DNA of 59,522 nt, filler included, from Dirinaria sp. TL-2023a (taxonomy: Eukaryota): assembly GCA_051941275.1 (NCBI GenBank). It is 10 parts of 10 records of this genome, joined end to end, with 100 filler letters (N's around TTAATTAATTAA, not from the genome) between each part and the next. Parts side by side here need not be neighbours in the genome. Positions count along the whole stretch, not along the records: positions 1 to 5,898 come from JAVEBF010001570.1; positions 5,999 to 11,888 come from JAVEBF010001571.1; 8 more parts are not named here. The stretch is one strand, 5' to 3'. Both the position numbers and the translations under genes were made by a program. A model generated the notes under the pieces. It did no database searches, was not told where the DNA came from, and worked only from the letters and a program-made list of their open reading frames with translations. Below are positions 1 to 11,988 of this stretch, piece after piece (position 1 is the first letter of the stretch; the number at the start of each line of letters is the position of its first letter).

Positions 1-425
1 CCCATCCTCCCATCCCCCCATCCCCCAAACATCGCCATTCATCATCGCCATCCTCCATCAAATCCACCGATACGGGACAACACCGACTGCACCAGCATCC
101 GGCCATCGCGACTCCACGCAAACCAAAGAGGGTCCAGGGTCTCGTGTCAAAGTGCCACTGTCCGTCCCCCCCCGTGGGCATTGCTTCATTTCCCCATCAC
201 CATCAAGGGCATCCGTGTTGTTCACCGTCATGAACTAATTGGACTCCTGATTCCGGCTACCAGACGCTATAATGCTTCCACCCTTGGGGAGCTAAATCCG
301 TTGAACACCTCTCGGAGGCTACAAGGGATACCCAAAGCGGCGAAATAAATTCGAACACCTTCCGTCAGCCCCAACGTCCGCCAGCTGCTGCCGCCAGATG
401 GCCAGATTAGGTTACCCACCTCACC

Positions 426-3400
426 ATGTATCATAGTCCCGGCTCGGCAGTACGGAGGTCCTCTGAGTCAGAAGATCGACGACGACGCGACAGTCGGGTG
501 TCTATCAATACTCAGCAGCTTCCTCCCTACAACAATGCGAATTCGCCGACTCAGTATTCTGCCTACTCCCCCGCGAACGGAACACATCCTCAGTCCCCGT
601 ACAGCCCGTACCCTCCATCTCGCCCTTCTACGTCGGGTGCCATGCCGATGTCTGTGGCCATGAGTCCACGTCTGGGCCCTCCACCGTCACCGAAACTCAA
701 TGGTCCGGTGCAGAGAAGCCCGGTGTATGCACACAGAGACCCTAGGGGCTCCTACTATGACCAAAATTTGGAGCATGAAAGCTGGAGCAATGGGCGTTAT
801 CCGGCCAAGTCACCCATTCAGGTACCTCGCGCGGTTGCTCCCTCTCCAGAAGAAGATGCTAATAATACACAAGGCCAGTCGCGACCCAGCTCCCTTCTCG
901 AGCTATCACCAGGACTCCCGCACGTCTCCCTCTATGCACCGCTCACCTACCAATATTCACTTTCCACAGCACTCCCCCACTTACGCGAGCTCCCATGCCC
1001 ATCCATCGAGTAGGAATAATTCGATCCCTCAATCGCCGTCTCGGAGTGTTTTGGAGTCGCCCGTCACGTCACAAAATCAATCAGCCCCACCTCAACCAAC
1101 ACATATTTCGTACAATAGGTCTGACACTCGAGCCACACCCCACAACGAAGACAAAGTACAGAACACTCCGAACAGTGCTGAGTCAAAGCCTACCAGAACT
1201 ACAGATCCCATGTCTTTCTCGAGTATTTTGTCAAGCCATCCCGCTGATCCGCCTAAGCCAACCACTCAAGTGCTACCTGCGGTTAAGCAGTTCCAGAGGA
1301 AGTCGCATACGCCCAACGGCGACACCGCTTCCTCAACCTCCCACAAGAAAGTATCTCAAAGTACAGCACACCCGCCGCCTGATGAGGGTATGACTTCTCG
1401 GAAGCCGGTCAAAACAAAATCTCAAGCACGGCCAACGCCGAAGCACGCTCCTGCTGCCCCCAAGATCTTCGCCAACAATAGCTCCGACAAAGAAAATGAG
1501 AAAGTCAAAAGGGAAATTGAAAGACTCGACGCCATGGAGCTTTGTGATATCGATTCATCTACCTTGGCCGCAAAGAAGGAAGAGCATGCACTGATCGGTC
1601 AGAAGCGCCAGTTAAATGTTGACTCTATCGAGGATTCCAAACGCAAAGTAAGCTGAACCTTGCCCTTGTATCAATGTAACCATGATAATCTGATGGAGAT
1701 CTATAGCGACGGCGGATTGCTTTTGCTAAAGCAATGACGGTTAGGGTCGCCCCGATCGCACAGAGTGGAAAAGAAAGGTTCAGAAAGATCCACGAAGCTG
1801 CGGCGCAGCAAGAGGTGCAATTAAAGGAGGTACAGGATGAGAAGGAACGCAAGAAAGAAATGCAACGGAAACGGCGACGCGAGAAGACTGTTCAGCAAGA
1901 GTCACATAAGCACTCCGAAGCGCTTGGGAAACTGCAGGACACAGACGACCCTGCGCAGCGGGAGAAACTCCTGAAAGAAGCGCAGAAGGCGGCAAAGAAG
2001 CTGAAAAATACAAGACGGCAGTTGGAGAAGGGCTCCGATCGTGAAGAGATTCGCGAGGTGACACCCCTTGCCCCGAACCTTGAGGGCGGAACCATGAGCA
2101 CGTTCCAAAGTGCTGTTGCTGCGTCTCCAGAACCGCCAAAGAAGAAGCAGAGGGGCACTACTACCCGACCTAAGAAGAGCAAGGAGCAGAAGCAAGCGGA
2201 AAAGGATGCCGCTGAAGCAGCGTATGCCGCTATGGAGAAGGATGAATTGGTCGCTATCGCTCCGAAGGAAGACAATCGGAAAGAGACCCTGGTGCGAGAA
2301 TCCAAGGAAACCAGGCAGTCCAAAGATGCGTCGCCAGCCCCAGCACCTACTAATTATGCGTCTAAAGGATACATGCATATTTATGAGCAAATCTGGAAAG
2401 ACATTGCTCGCAAGGACGTCCCAAAAGTGTATAGAATAAAGGAGAACTCATATACAACCAAGGCCTCGAACTTGCGCAAGACAGCTCAGCTTGCATCGAA
2501 AGAAGCCAGACGTTGGCAGCTGCGTACTAATAAGGGGACCAAGGATGTGCAAGCTAAATCGAAGAGGGGTATGCGCGAAATGATGGGCTTCTGGAAACGT
2601 AACGAAAGAGAAGAGCGTGACATGCGGAAGGTGGCCGAGAAACAGCTCATTGAAGAAGCCAAGAAAGCTGAAGCTGATCGTGAAGCCAACCGACAAAAGC
2701 GAAAGCTGAACTTCCTCATATCACAAACCGAGCTTTATTCCCATTTCATCGGCCGCAAAATCAAAACGGACGAGGTTGAAAGATCAACAGATGCCACCGA
2801 TGTCGCCGTGTCGGAGCAGATAGTGCAACCCGGCGACAGTGCAGCACACACCATCACATTGCCGGAGAGTGTTGCAGAAATCGGTACCAAAGTTACAAAT
2901 TTCGAAGACCTGGACTTTGATGCCGAGGACGAGACGGCTCTCAGGCAAGCAGCAATGGCCAACGCGCAAACAGCCGTTCAAGAGGCTCAAGACAGGGCTC
3001 GTGCGTTCAACAACGAAGAAAACCAGCTTCAGGCTCAATTCGATGATGGGGAGATGAATTTCCAAAACCCTACCAGTCTTGGCGATGTCGATGTGTCTCA
3101 GCCGACGATGCTCACCGCGCAGCTTAAGGAATACCAGCTCAAGGGCCTTAATTGGTTGGTGAACCTGTACGAGCAAGGTATCAATGGAATCCTCGCCGAC
3201 GAGATGGGTCTCGGAAAGACTGTACAGTCGATTTCGGTCATGGCTTACCTTGCCGAGAAGCACAACATCTGGGGTCCATTCCTGGTCATTGCCCCATCTT
3301 CGACTCTCCACAATTGGCAGCAGGAGATCACCAGGTTCGTCCCTAATCTTAAATGCCTGCCCTATTGGGGCAATGCGAAAGATCGAAAGGTTCTCCGGAA

Positions 3401-5761
3401 ATTCTGGGATCGCAAGCACATTACTTATACCCGCGATTCTTCTTTCCACGTCCTCATCACGTCTTATCAGTTGGTCGTACAGGATACCCAGTACTTCCAA
3501 AAGATACGGTGGCAATACATGATCTTGGATGAAGCCCAAGCCATTAAATCTTCGCAGAGTTCAAGGTGGAAGAGCTTACTGGGTTTCCATTGCCGGAATC
3601 GGCTTCTGTTGACTGGAACACCGATACAAAACAACATGCAAGAACTCTGGGCTTTGCTGCATTTCATCATGCCCAGTCTGTTTGATTCACACGACGAGTT
3701 CAGTGACTGGTTTTCGAAAGATATCGAAAGTCATGCCCAAAGCAATACCAAACTCAACGAAGATCAGCTTAAACGGTTGCATATGATCCTCAAGCCGTTC
3801 ATGTTACGACGGATCAAGAAGCACGTGCAAAAGGAACTTGGTGATAAGATAGAAGAGGATGTGTTCTGCGACCTCACCTACCGTCAACGGGCGTACTACG
3901 GCAATCTCCGCAACCGCATCAGCATCATGGATCTCATCGAAAAGGCCGCAGTGGGTGATGATCAGGATACCGCTACATTGATGAACCTGGTCATGCAATT
4001 CCGTAAGGTCTGCAATCATCCCGATTTGTTTGAGAGGGCGGAGACGACATCGCCGGTATCATTAAGCCACTGGGCAGAATGCGCGTCGTTTTTACGGGAA
4101 GGTAATTTTGTCAACCTTGGATACTCGACGAGAAATCTCATCGAATATGACCTTCCCCGACTATTGTGTAGTCCGGAGGCACGCCTCGATTTGGCTGGAC
4201 CAGGGAACGATAGGGCGGGATTCAAGAGCAAATACCTCTCGGAGATGCTGAACATCTGGACCCCTGAAAATATCCAGAAGAGTTGTGCCCGCAATGAAGC
4301 TTTTGCGTGGCTGCGATTCGCGGATACTTCCATCAGCGACGCCTACAATGCTTCTCATCGAGGCCCTTTCGAGCGAGCTGTCTCTCTTAGTCTGCGCACG
4401 AACCGCCTTGCTAGAATGGAGGCTGTATATGATGAGGACAAGGAAACCACTCGCGCACCGCCGTATGCACTGTTCAACATCACTGAGCGTCACGACCTGC
4501 GGCCTTTGGCAGGCATTGCGGACGAAGGTTGTCTGCAGGCCCTATTGAACATCTCTAAAACGAACTTCGAGGAGCAAGGACTCGGACTCATCGAGCAGTG
4601 CGCGCGACCTGGTGCTTCGGCTTCGCCAATCGAAATTACGTGTTCGAATCAGCAAGCACGGATTGAAAAAGAGAACACATTATTCAACGTGCCCTTTCGA
4701 AAAGCGCTCTACGATTTCTCCGAGAAAGATGAAGCGGCTCTCTTGGAGGCCAAGGTTGACCCAACTCTTTACCCTGTTAAGAGTCTGCTGCCCCCTCCGA
4801 TTTCGCAACGAGCACGGTACACCAACATCCAAGTTCCATCCATGAGCCGTTTCGTGACGGACTCGGGGAAGCTTGCCAAGCTTGACCAACTCCTCCGCGA
4901 CCTCAAAGCAGGCGGTCATCGTGTCCTGCTCTACTTCCAGATGACCCGCATGATTGATCTTATGGAAGAGTACCTTACTTACCGCAACTACAAGTATCTG
5001 CGGTTAGATGGGTCCACCAAGCTTGAGGACCGCCGCGACACCGTGCACGACTTCCAGACCCGTCCGGATATTTTTGTCTTCCTCTTGTCAACCCGCGCTG
5101 GCGGTCTAGGTATCAACCTGACTGCAGCGGATACGGTCATTTTTTATGACTCGGATTGGAACCCGACAATCGACTCGCAGGCTATGGACCGTGCTCATCG
5201 TCTTGGGCAGACAAAGCAAGTCACCGTCTACCGTATGATCACACGCGGTACGATCGAAGAACGGATCCGCAAGCGCGCGTTACAAAAGGAAGAAGTGCAA
5301 CGGGTGGTCATTCAGGGTGGCGGTGGTGCAGGTGTTGACTTCAACACCAGAAGCAAGGACAACCGGACGAAGGACATCGCGTTATGGCTCGCAGACGATG
5401 ACCAAGCTGAGATGATCGAGAGGAAAGAGAAAGAGGTTGCCGAGAAAGAAGGCGAAAGCGGCAAGAAGAAGGGCAAGAAGAGCGGAGGCAGAAAGAAGGA
5501 TGTTAGTTTAGATGATATGTACCATGAGGGTATGTCGTCTCTCATCATGAGTGCTTACCACCTACAAAACGGGCGACTAACAAACTTGCAGGGGAGGGAC
5601 ACTTTGGCGACGAAAACAGCAACAAGCCTTCCGGCACCGCGACCCCGACCGATACGGCTGGGCCGGCTAATAAGAGAGGAGCGAGAGGCGGCAAGGGGGG
5701 GATATCGAAAAAGGCCAAGACGGCCAAGCAGAAACTTGCGGTCGCGGATGGACAGATCTAG
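426..5761 (+). CDS. INO80: INO80 chromatin-remodelling ATPase (Snf2 family); exons approx. 426-821, 874-1647, 1707-5529, 5592-5761
   Basis: DBINO region ([19 protein letters not shown]), Walker [17 protein letters not shown] box, long insertion splitting the helicase, [14 protein letters not shown] and [11 protein letters not shown]. Introns 1648-1706 and 5530-5591 restore frame, giving C-terminus ...HEGEGHF...ADGQI*. The first intron and start codon are less certain. Confidence 0.97.
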
Positions 5762-5898
5762 GACTCTCACTCGGCTCGACTCGGATATGTTTTACGCTGT
5801 CTCGTTCAAAAAAAATCTAAAACCGAAAGAGTTAATAATGAGGAGGAAAGGAGGAAGAGAAGAAATCCTCTCTCTGTACGAATGGCGGGACAGGGTGG

Positions 5899-5998
5899 NN
5901 NNNNNNNNNNNNNNNNNNNNNNNNNNNNNNNNNNNNNNNNNNTTAATTAATTAANNNNNNNNNNNNNNNNNNNNNNNNNNNNNNNNNNNNNNNNNNNN
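5899..5998. other. Artificial contig spacer 1
   Basis: N44-TTAATTAATTAA-N44; the 12-mer gives stops in all six frames. Confidence 0.99.
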
Positions 5999-6219
5999 AA
6001 AAAAAAAAAAAAAAGGGACTCCAACACGCAAAAAAATCCCCTGCCTTTCGCCCCCCTTCTAGTCTGTGACATGCTCGCTTCATCTCATATCTCATAATGG
6101 TCTAGCAGCTAGCGTAGCACTATTTGTAGGAATAAGCTCTATTCCCCATGCATAATGCATTTCTCAGTGTCGGCCTAGAGCGGATTTTTCTATGTAGGGT
6201 GAGAGAGGCGTTGGGGAAT

Positions 6220-9139
6220 TTAGAGCTTGTCGTAGTAATTCGACACGTCCGGCACAACCTTCGATGAATCAGCATTTCCCACTCATGAAGAATACGGGGT
6301 TAGTATGTTTCCAAAGGGTGACTCCATGCTTACCTCCTTGATACCCTTCCTCTTCCGTGTAGCGGTAACAATTTGACCAGGTTTCGTGTTAGGATCAAGA
6401 GCAGAGCCACCGGGTAGGATTTGCCAGTGGTCGAAGACGGATTGTGGGAAGGCTTGTCCACCGGTATGCGAGCGGAGATCGGCCGTGAAACCGAACGATT
6501 CGTTGACCGGTAGATAAGCTTTGACGTTGAACAGTGGAGTTCCGGGACGCTGCTCTTCTGAGAAAACGTGACCTCTTCGTCGGGTAAGAACGCCGTAGAT
6601 ACCACCCATAGCCTGCTCAGGCACCTGGATTTCGACTAAGAAGACGGGCTCAAGGATGCCTGGGTCTGCGAGGAGCGTAGCAGCGTAGAGGACGCGACGG
6701 GCAGTTGGGATGATCTGTCCACCTCCACGGTGGATGGCATCGCCGTGCAGGGTCACATCCATTATGTTGAAGCGGACTGAGCGCATCGGCTCTTCGGCCA
6801 CTGGGCCCTCCTTGGTCGCCCATTGGAAACCCGAAACAACCGAGTCTTTGATTTCGTTGAGGTACTGGACTGCCTTCGTCTGATCTACGAGCAGGTTGGC
6901 ACCAGTCGTCTCAGGACCGAAACACCAAATCTTTCGTGCATCAGTGACGTCCCAGCCGTAGTCATCTGCCAGTACTCGGGCACGAGCCTTGAAGTCGTCA
7001 CGAGGGCTAATTTCGCCCTTTTCGATGGCGTTGGAGACTTCTTCAGCCAACGGCTGCGCAGTGACATAGAGACGGTTGTGCTTGTTCGGCGACTTCGACA
7101 GGGCCGTCATGCTTGATTCACCACCAACAGACTCACGGTACTGCACTACAGGGTCGGAAATACGTAGAGGAACACCGGCATGGTCTTCTTCCAAGTCCTT
7201 GAGGCAAATTTCCAAGTGTAGCTCACCGGCACCAGCGACAACGTGCTCGCCAGACTCGTTGATCAATGTAAGTACGCATGGATCGGATTTTGACAGACGC
7301 TTGAGACCTTCGACAAGCTTGGGTAGATCGTTGGCGTTCTTGACTTCGACTGAGCGCTGCACTACGGGTGATACGGAGAACTTCATGACTTTCAGGTTAT
7401 GGGCTGTTTCAGAGGTTGTAAGAGTTCCGGATTTGAGCAAGAACTGATCGACGCCAACCAATCCGAGAATGTTCCCCGCTGGTACATCTTCAATGGGTTC
7501 AATAAATCGACCCATCATGAGAATGGTACGCTGTATGGCTTTGATGAACAAGTCTTCTTTCTTCCCAGGGGTATAGTTAGGGCCTTGGATGCGGACTTTC
7601 AGACCAGACCGCACAGTACCGGAGAATACACGACCGAAAGCATAGAAGCGACCCTTATCTGATGTCGGCACCATCTTCGAGACGTACAACATGAGGGGAC
7701 CTTTGGGATCACAGTCGCGAATACCAATGGCAGACTCGTCATCAGGAGGACCTTCGTAAAGGGTCTCGGAACGGTATTTCTGAGCCGTGACAGGCGATGG
7801 CAGGTGGATAACCATCATCTCCAAGAGCGCATCGGCAGCAGGTAGGAATTTTCGCATGACCACTTTAAGCATCGCCTTGCCCTCGAGCTCCTTCTCTTCA
7901 CCGGTTAACTTGATCTCAAGCTTTTCTAGAAGGGTTGGGATCTCATCCTTCTTGAAGTTCATAATGGCGCCAAAGATCTTGAAGATAGGGTCTAGAATGA
8001 ACTGATTGAAAGCTCGCTCGAGCGGCTTGCCTTCGTGCTCGCCGACCTTTGTCCATTTCTTGGTCTTTGGATTGAAGTAGTTGTCGCCCTGGATAACATT
8101 AACAACTGAGGTTCTCAGAAAATTTCGGAAAGCTTACCCATAGACGCTCCATCATTTTGTTTTTGTCGACACCAAACTTCTTAGCGTACTTTACCGCGAA
8201 TTGACGAGTGGTGAAGCCCCATCCATGGAGACCCGAGCCGAAAGCGACTGTACCATTGTATGGCTGGACCTGGACATCGCCCAGCGCCTTGTCAAAGTAT
8301 GTGGAAATGACGACGTTGACAGATTCGATCGTTCGGGAGAAAGATTGATACAGGTCCTCCTTCGACACTTGCAGTTCCAACAGCGCACGGTCGACCTTGT
8401 TGACGATAACGACGGGTTTTATACGCTCACCAAGGGCTTGGCGGAGGACAGTCTCCGTCTGAACGCAGACACCCTCGACGCAATCGACGACGACAAGAGC
8501 GCCATCAGTGACACGAAGGGCGGCAGTGACCTCAGAAGAGAAATCAACGTGACCGGGAGAGTCGATCAGGTTGATCAAGAAATCATTGCCTTCCACCTTC
8601 TGAGGGATGTCCTTGAGGTCCTCCTCATGGGGCATGTGGGCGTACAGAGAGATGGCGGTTGACTTGATGGTAATACATCGATCTTGTTCATCCTTCCGCG
8701 TATCTGTAAATCGGGCTTCTCCAGCTTTGGCTGCTGAGATAATACCGGCACGCTGAACGAGGGAATCCGTAAGGGTAGACTTGCCGTGGTCGACTGGGCA
8801 CCGTGTCAGTTAGCATGGCTTGCATAGAGCAAAGGTGTGATCGTGCAGCTTACCATGCGCAATAACCGACATGTTTCGGATATTGGCAGCCTTGTCCATG
8901 AGGGCACGGATCTATGAATCGTATGAGTCTCTTTCCTCCCATGTCTTAGCAAGATTAGGCGATTACATACCTCTTCGACGGTAAAGCTGTCGGCAGGAGA
9001 AGAGACTTTAGTAAACATTTCCTGACGAACTCCGAGGCCTCGAAATACGTGCATCTTTTCGGGATCCATCTCGAAAGCGAGATGCGGGCAGGTAATTGAA
9101 GCTGGGAAGGGAAGATATGAAGAGTACTTACTTGACCAT
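6220..9139 (-). CDS. EFT2: Translation elongation factor 2 (eEF2); exons 9139-9132, 8986-8971, 8911-8854, 8793-8138, 8088-6334, 6258-6220
   Basis: Spliced product starts MVNFTVEEIRALMDK...[17 protein letters not shown], contains [24 protein letters not shown] and the diphthamide loop [13 protein letters not shown], and ends NYYDKL*. Five GT-AG introns keep frame. Confidence 0.99.
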
Positions 9140-9885
9140 CTTGACGGTGTTTTATATGTTCAACTGGTGACTCTTTCCTGATTCAAAAAATGTGCTTGGG
9201 GTAGAAGGAACCCCGCTCTGCAGGACCGAGGGCTCGCTCGACCTGATACTCTGTGTTTGTGGGTTTGGGATAACGTGAGAGACTGTCGAGTAGCGTTCTG
9301 AGATGCACGAAGCAAATGTTATAGAGTCAAGGGGGGGAGAGAAAGAGTTTTGAAATGTCAAGTAAGAAGTCGATCTGTGATTTGAAAGCACGCTAACCCA
9401 ATCTAACCGAAATGCCCCGCCTCGCTTGTTGGAGATCCCACAACGCACGCTAAACCCAGAATGGCCGACGACTCATCGCCTGCGGCTTCTCAACCATTGA
9501 AATCCTTTTACCGTTGATATTATTCTCCAGCAGGAGTGCCACACTTTCCATCCCAATATGAGTCATGGGGAAAGCACAGAGCAAGTGTAGTATTCTGCAC
9601 TGACTCTGGACCCACAGAAGACAGACAGCGTCTCATCTGATGACTCGATCAAGACCCAAGCTTTCCAAGATCAAGCACTGCGGTGTGCCGAAAAAGAAGG
9701 CTGTCGTTTAGTGTAGCTCGTACCGTATCGCTAACCTGTTGCCCCTGCTAGCAACATTTGAAGCGATTCACGTGCTGTGAGTCTCTACATTGATCCAGTC
9801 TACCAACAAAGCAGCCGAAAAAAACACTCGCCAAATCGAATCTATCAAATAGTATTGGATTTCTCAATTCGGAGCGTCAATCACC

Positions 9886-11427
9886 ATGGCACGGCCAAGG
9901 AAGAAAACCCAAAGCAGCACCAAAAGTGGAGCACCCCAGAGCCGAGTCATTGATGTGTCAGGTGCAAGCAGCCCTCTATACCGGCTCTCCAACGAGCTGA
10001 TCCTCTCGATACTGGATCTCCTCTACCTCAATGATCTGGTAGGCTTTGCCTCTTCCTGCAGGTTTGTATACAGCCTAGCTGGACCGGCATTGGACAGACA
10101 TAAAGCATTGTGGCGGCAGTATTATGCCCTTGCCAATCCACACGACAAAATGGAAAATCAAGTGTTCCCTCGAGTCTTAACTGAATTCATTCGCCATCCC
10201 GAACATGCAGCATACCTTCGTCACCTGTATGTAAGGAGAGTGATTCCGGTTCCGGTCAACTACTGGGTGCCGCCTGGTCTCCCTCGGCCTCCTTTGGACG
10301 ACGGTGAAGACAAAAAGTACCACGACGCAAGTCTCGACCTCTTAGAACAAGCCGTCCATGATTTAAACATTTCTGACCAAGACTGGAAAGAAAGTGGAAA
10401 CGTATATAGCGTTATTACCCCTCAGGACTGGCTTAGGATCATGTCGGAAGGATTGGCGGAGGCAGACGAGCACGTAATCGAAGCTCTGCTGATCTTGCTG
10501 GTGCCGAACTTGGAAACCTTGACGCTTTCAGTGGCCATGTTTCGGCACCCCAGCATCTACATGGCTTTGAATCGTGCGCTTTCACCTCGACCACCTGCAG
10601 CGTTGCGGAAGTTAGAAACGATGGAGCTAACAGGTGCATCCTTCTGTCGATATAGCCACGTCCTTGCCGGCTTGGAGCGTCTTGCACGTCTTCCTTCATT
10701 CAAATGTATCCGCTGCATCGGCGTGAGGATATACGGCGGGGACGAGTCCGACTGGTATCTGACCCCGTCCGAAGTGTTCTCCGGTATCACGGCTCTCGAG
10801 TATTATGAATGCTATTTCGTGCAAGGGCCAATGCTGCAGCTGCTCCAAGCTGCAAAATCTCTCAAGCATTTCGTTTTCACGACGTACACGACTTCGGGCG
10901 GTACGTGGATGACTGATCCTTATCATGTGCTTAGCTGCATATCGGAATCGGCGAGAAAGACCCTAGTCTCGTTGAATCTCTCGGGGTTCCAATTTAACGA
11001 AGGAGGCCCATGCAAGCGAACACGTTCCAAAGGAAACCTTGAGACATTGAAGTCTCAAGGCGGTTGCTTGCGTGACTTCGGCTGCCTTGAAGAAATCACC
11101 GTCGATTTCGGTTTGCTCTTTGCCGGGTCGAAATTTTCTCTTTGCACGCTTGAAGGCGAAATGCCGAGTTCGGCTCGTACTCTCGAGCTGCACTTTGAGG
11201 AAGACAACATCATATCACAAGACCTGGCGATCAAGAAGATTTATGATGATCTCAAGAATATCAAAAAGGGAGGCTTCAAGTCAGCTCTGGGCCAAGTGAG
11301 GATGACGAATGTCACCGCAGCGGCCATGGAGCAAGTTTTCAGGCATCTGAACCCTAAGGATGTGGAGGATGTCGGTCTGACCCTCTGCCAGACCGTACAT
11401 TATGCCAGGGATTATACCTACTGGTAG
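9886..11427 (+). CDS. F-box domain protein with degenerate leucine-rich repeats (513 aa, intronless)
   Basis: N-terminal F-box-like LYRLSNELILSILDLLYLNDLVGFASSCRFVYSLA; recurrent LxxLxL motifs (PNLETLTL, LRKLETMEL, KTLVSLNL). Confidence 0.75.
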   Translation: MARPRKKTQSSTKSGAPQSRVIDVSGASSPLYRLSNELILSILDLLYLNDLVGFASSCRFVYSLAGPALDRHKALWRQYYALANPHDKMENQVFPRVLTEFIRHPEHAAYLRHLYVRRVIPVPVNYWVPPGLPRPPLDDGEDKKYHDASLDLLEQAVHDLNISDQDWKESGNVYSVITPQDWLRIMSEGLAEADEHVIEALLILLVPNLETLTLSVAMFRHPSIYMALNRALSPRPPAALRKLETMELTGASFCRYSHVLAGLERLARLPSFKCIRCIGVRIYGGDESDWYLTPSEVFSGITALEYYECYFVQGPMLQLLQAAKSLKHFVFTTYTTSGGTWMTDPYHVLSCISESARKTLVSLNLSGFQFNEGGPCKRTRSKGNLETLKSQGGCLRDFGCLEEITVDFGLLFAGSKFSLCTLEGEMPSSARTLELHFEEDNIISQDLAIKKIYDDLKNIKKGGFKSALGQVRMTNVTAAAMEQVFRHLNPKDVEDVGLTLCQTVHYARDYTYW

Positions 11428-11888
11428 AAGGATATTACACAACAGACGCGAATCCGTGCGGATTCCTTCGCAACAGAAGGACTATCTTCACAATATCTAG
11501 ACCAAATATCTACAATACCAACGGCTTCACAGTGGAAGCTCAAAGTAGCATATGATGGAGGATCTCAGCAGAGATCCGAAGATTTGGTGCTAAACGCGGT
11601 TGAAGTTCATGTCGAGGTCAAATGCACTAGAAACGATCTCACAGAGCTGGGCCATCTAGGCCACCTGCACAAACAAACAAACTCATTTCATTCCATTCCT
11701 ACGTCCTGATTCCATCATAAATTCCACACATGCGTGATCTTCTAAAACCTAAGTCTTCTCCCTCCTAATAAAGCTGCCCAAAACCTCCTACCACACGCAA
11801 TGCAATCTAGAAAACCCCCCAATCACGAAACCATCCCACTCATCCTACCTACACGTACTCGTACCTGATATATAACCCACTCCTCCCC

Positions 11889-11988
11889 NNNNNNNNNNNN
11901 NNNNNNNNNNNNNNNNNNNNNNNNNNNNNNNNTTAATTAATTAANNNNNNNNNNNNNNNNNNNNNNNNNNNNNNNNNNNNNNNNNNNN
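11889..11988. other. Artificial contig spacer 2
   Basis: N44-TTAATTAATTAA-N44. Confidence 0.99.

Noticed and set aside
5762..5954. ORF-track extension of INO80 (and other ORFs) into the spacer ending in LIN
   Set aside because: Artefact of reading through an intron and Ns; the spliced gene stops at 5761.
5943..5954. TTAATTAATTAA recurring about every 6 kb as a biological periodic repeat or CRISPR-like array
   Set aside because: Always flanked by exactly 44 Ns on each side; it is a synthetic six-frame-stop linker.
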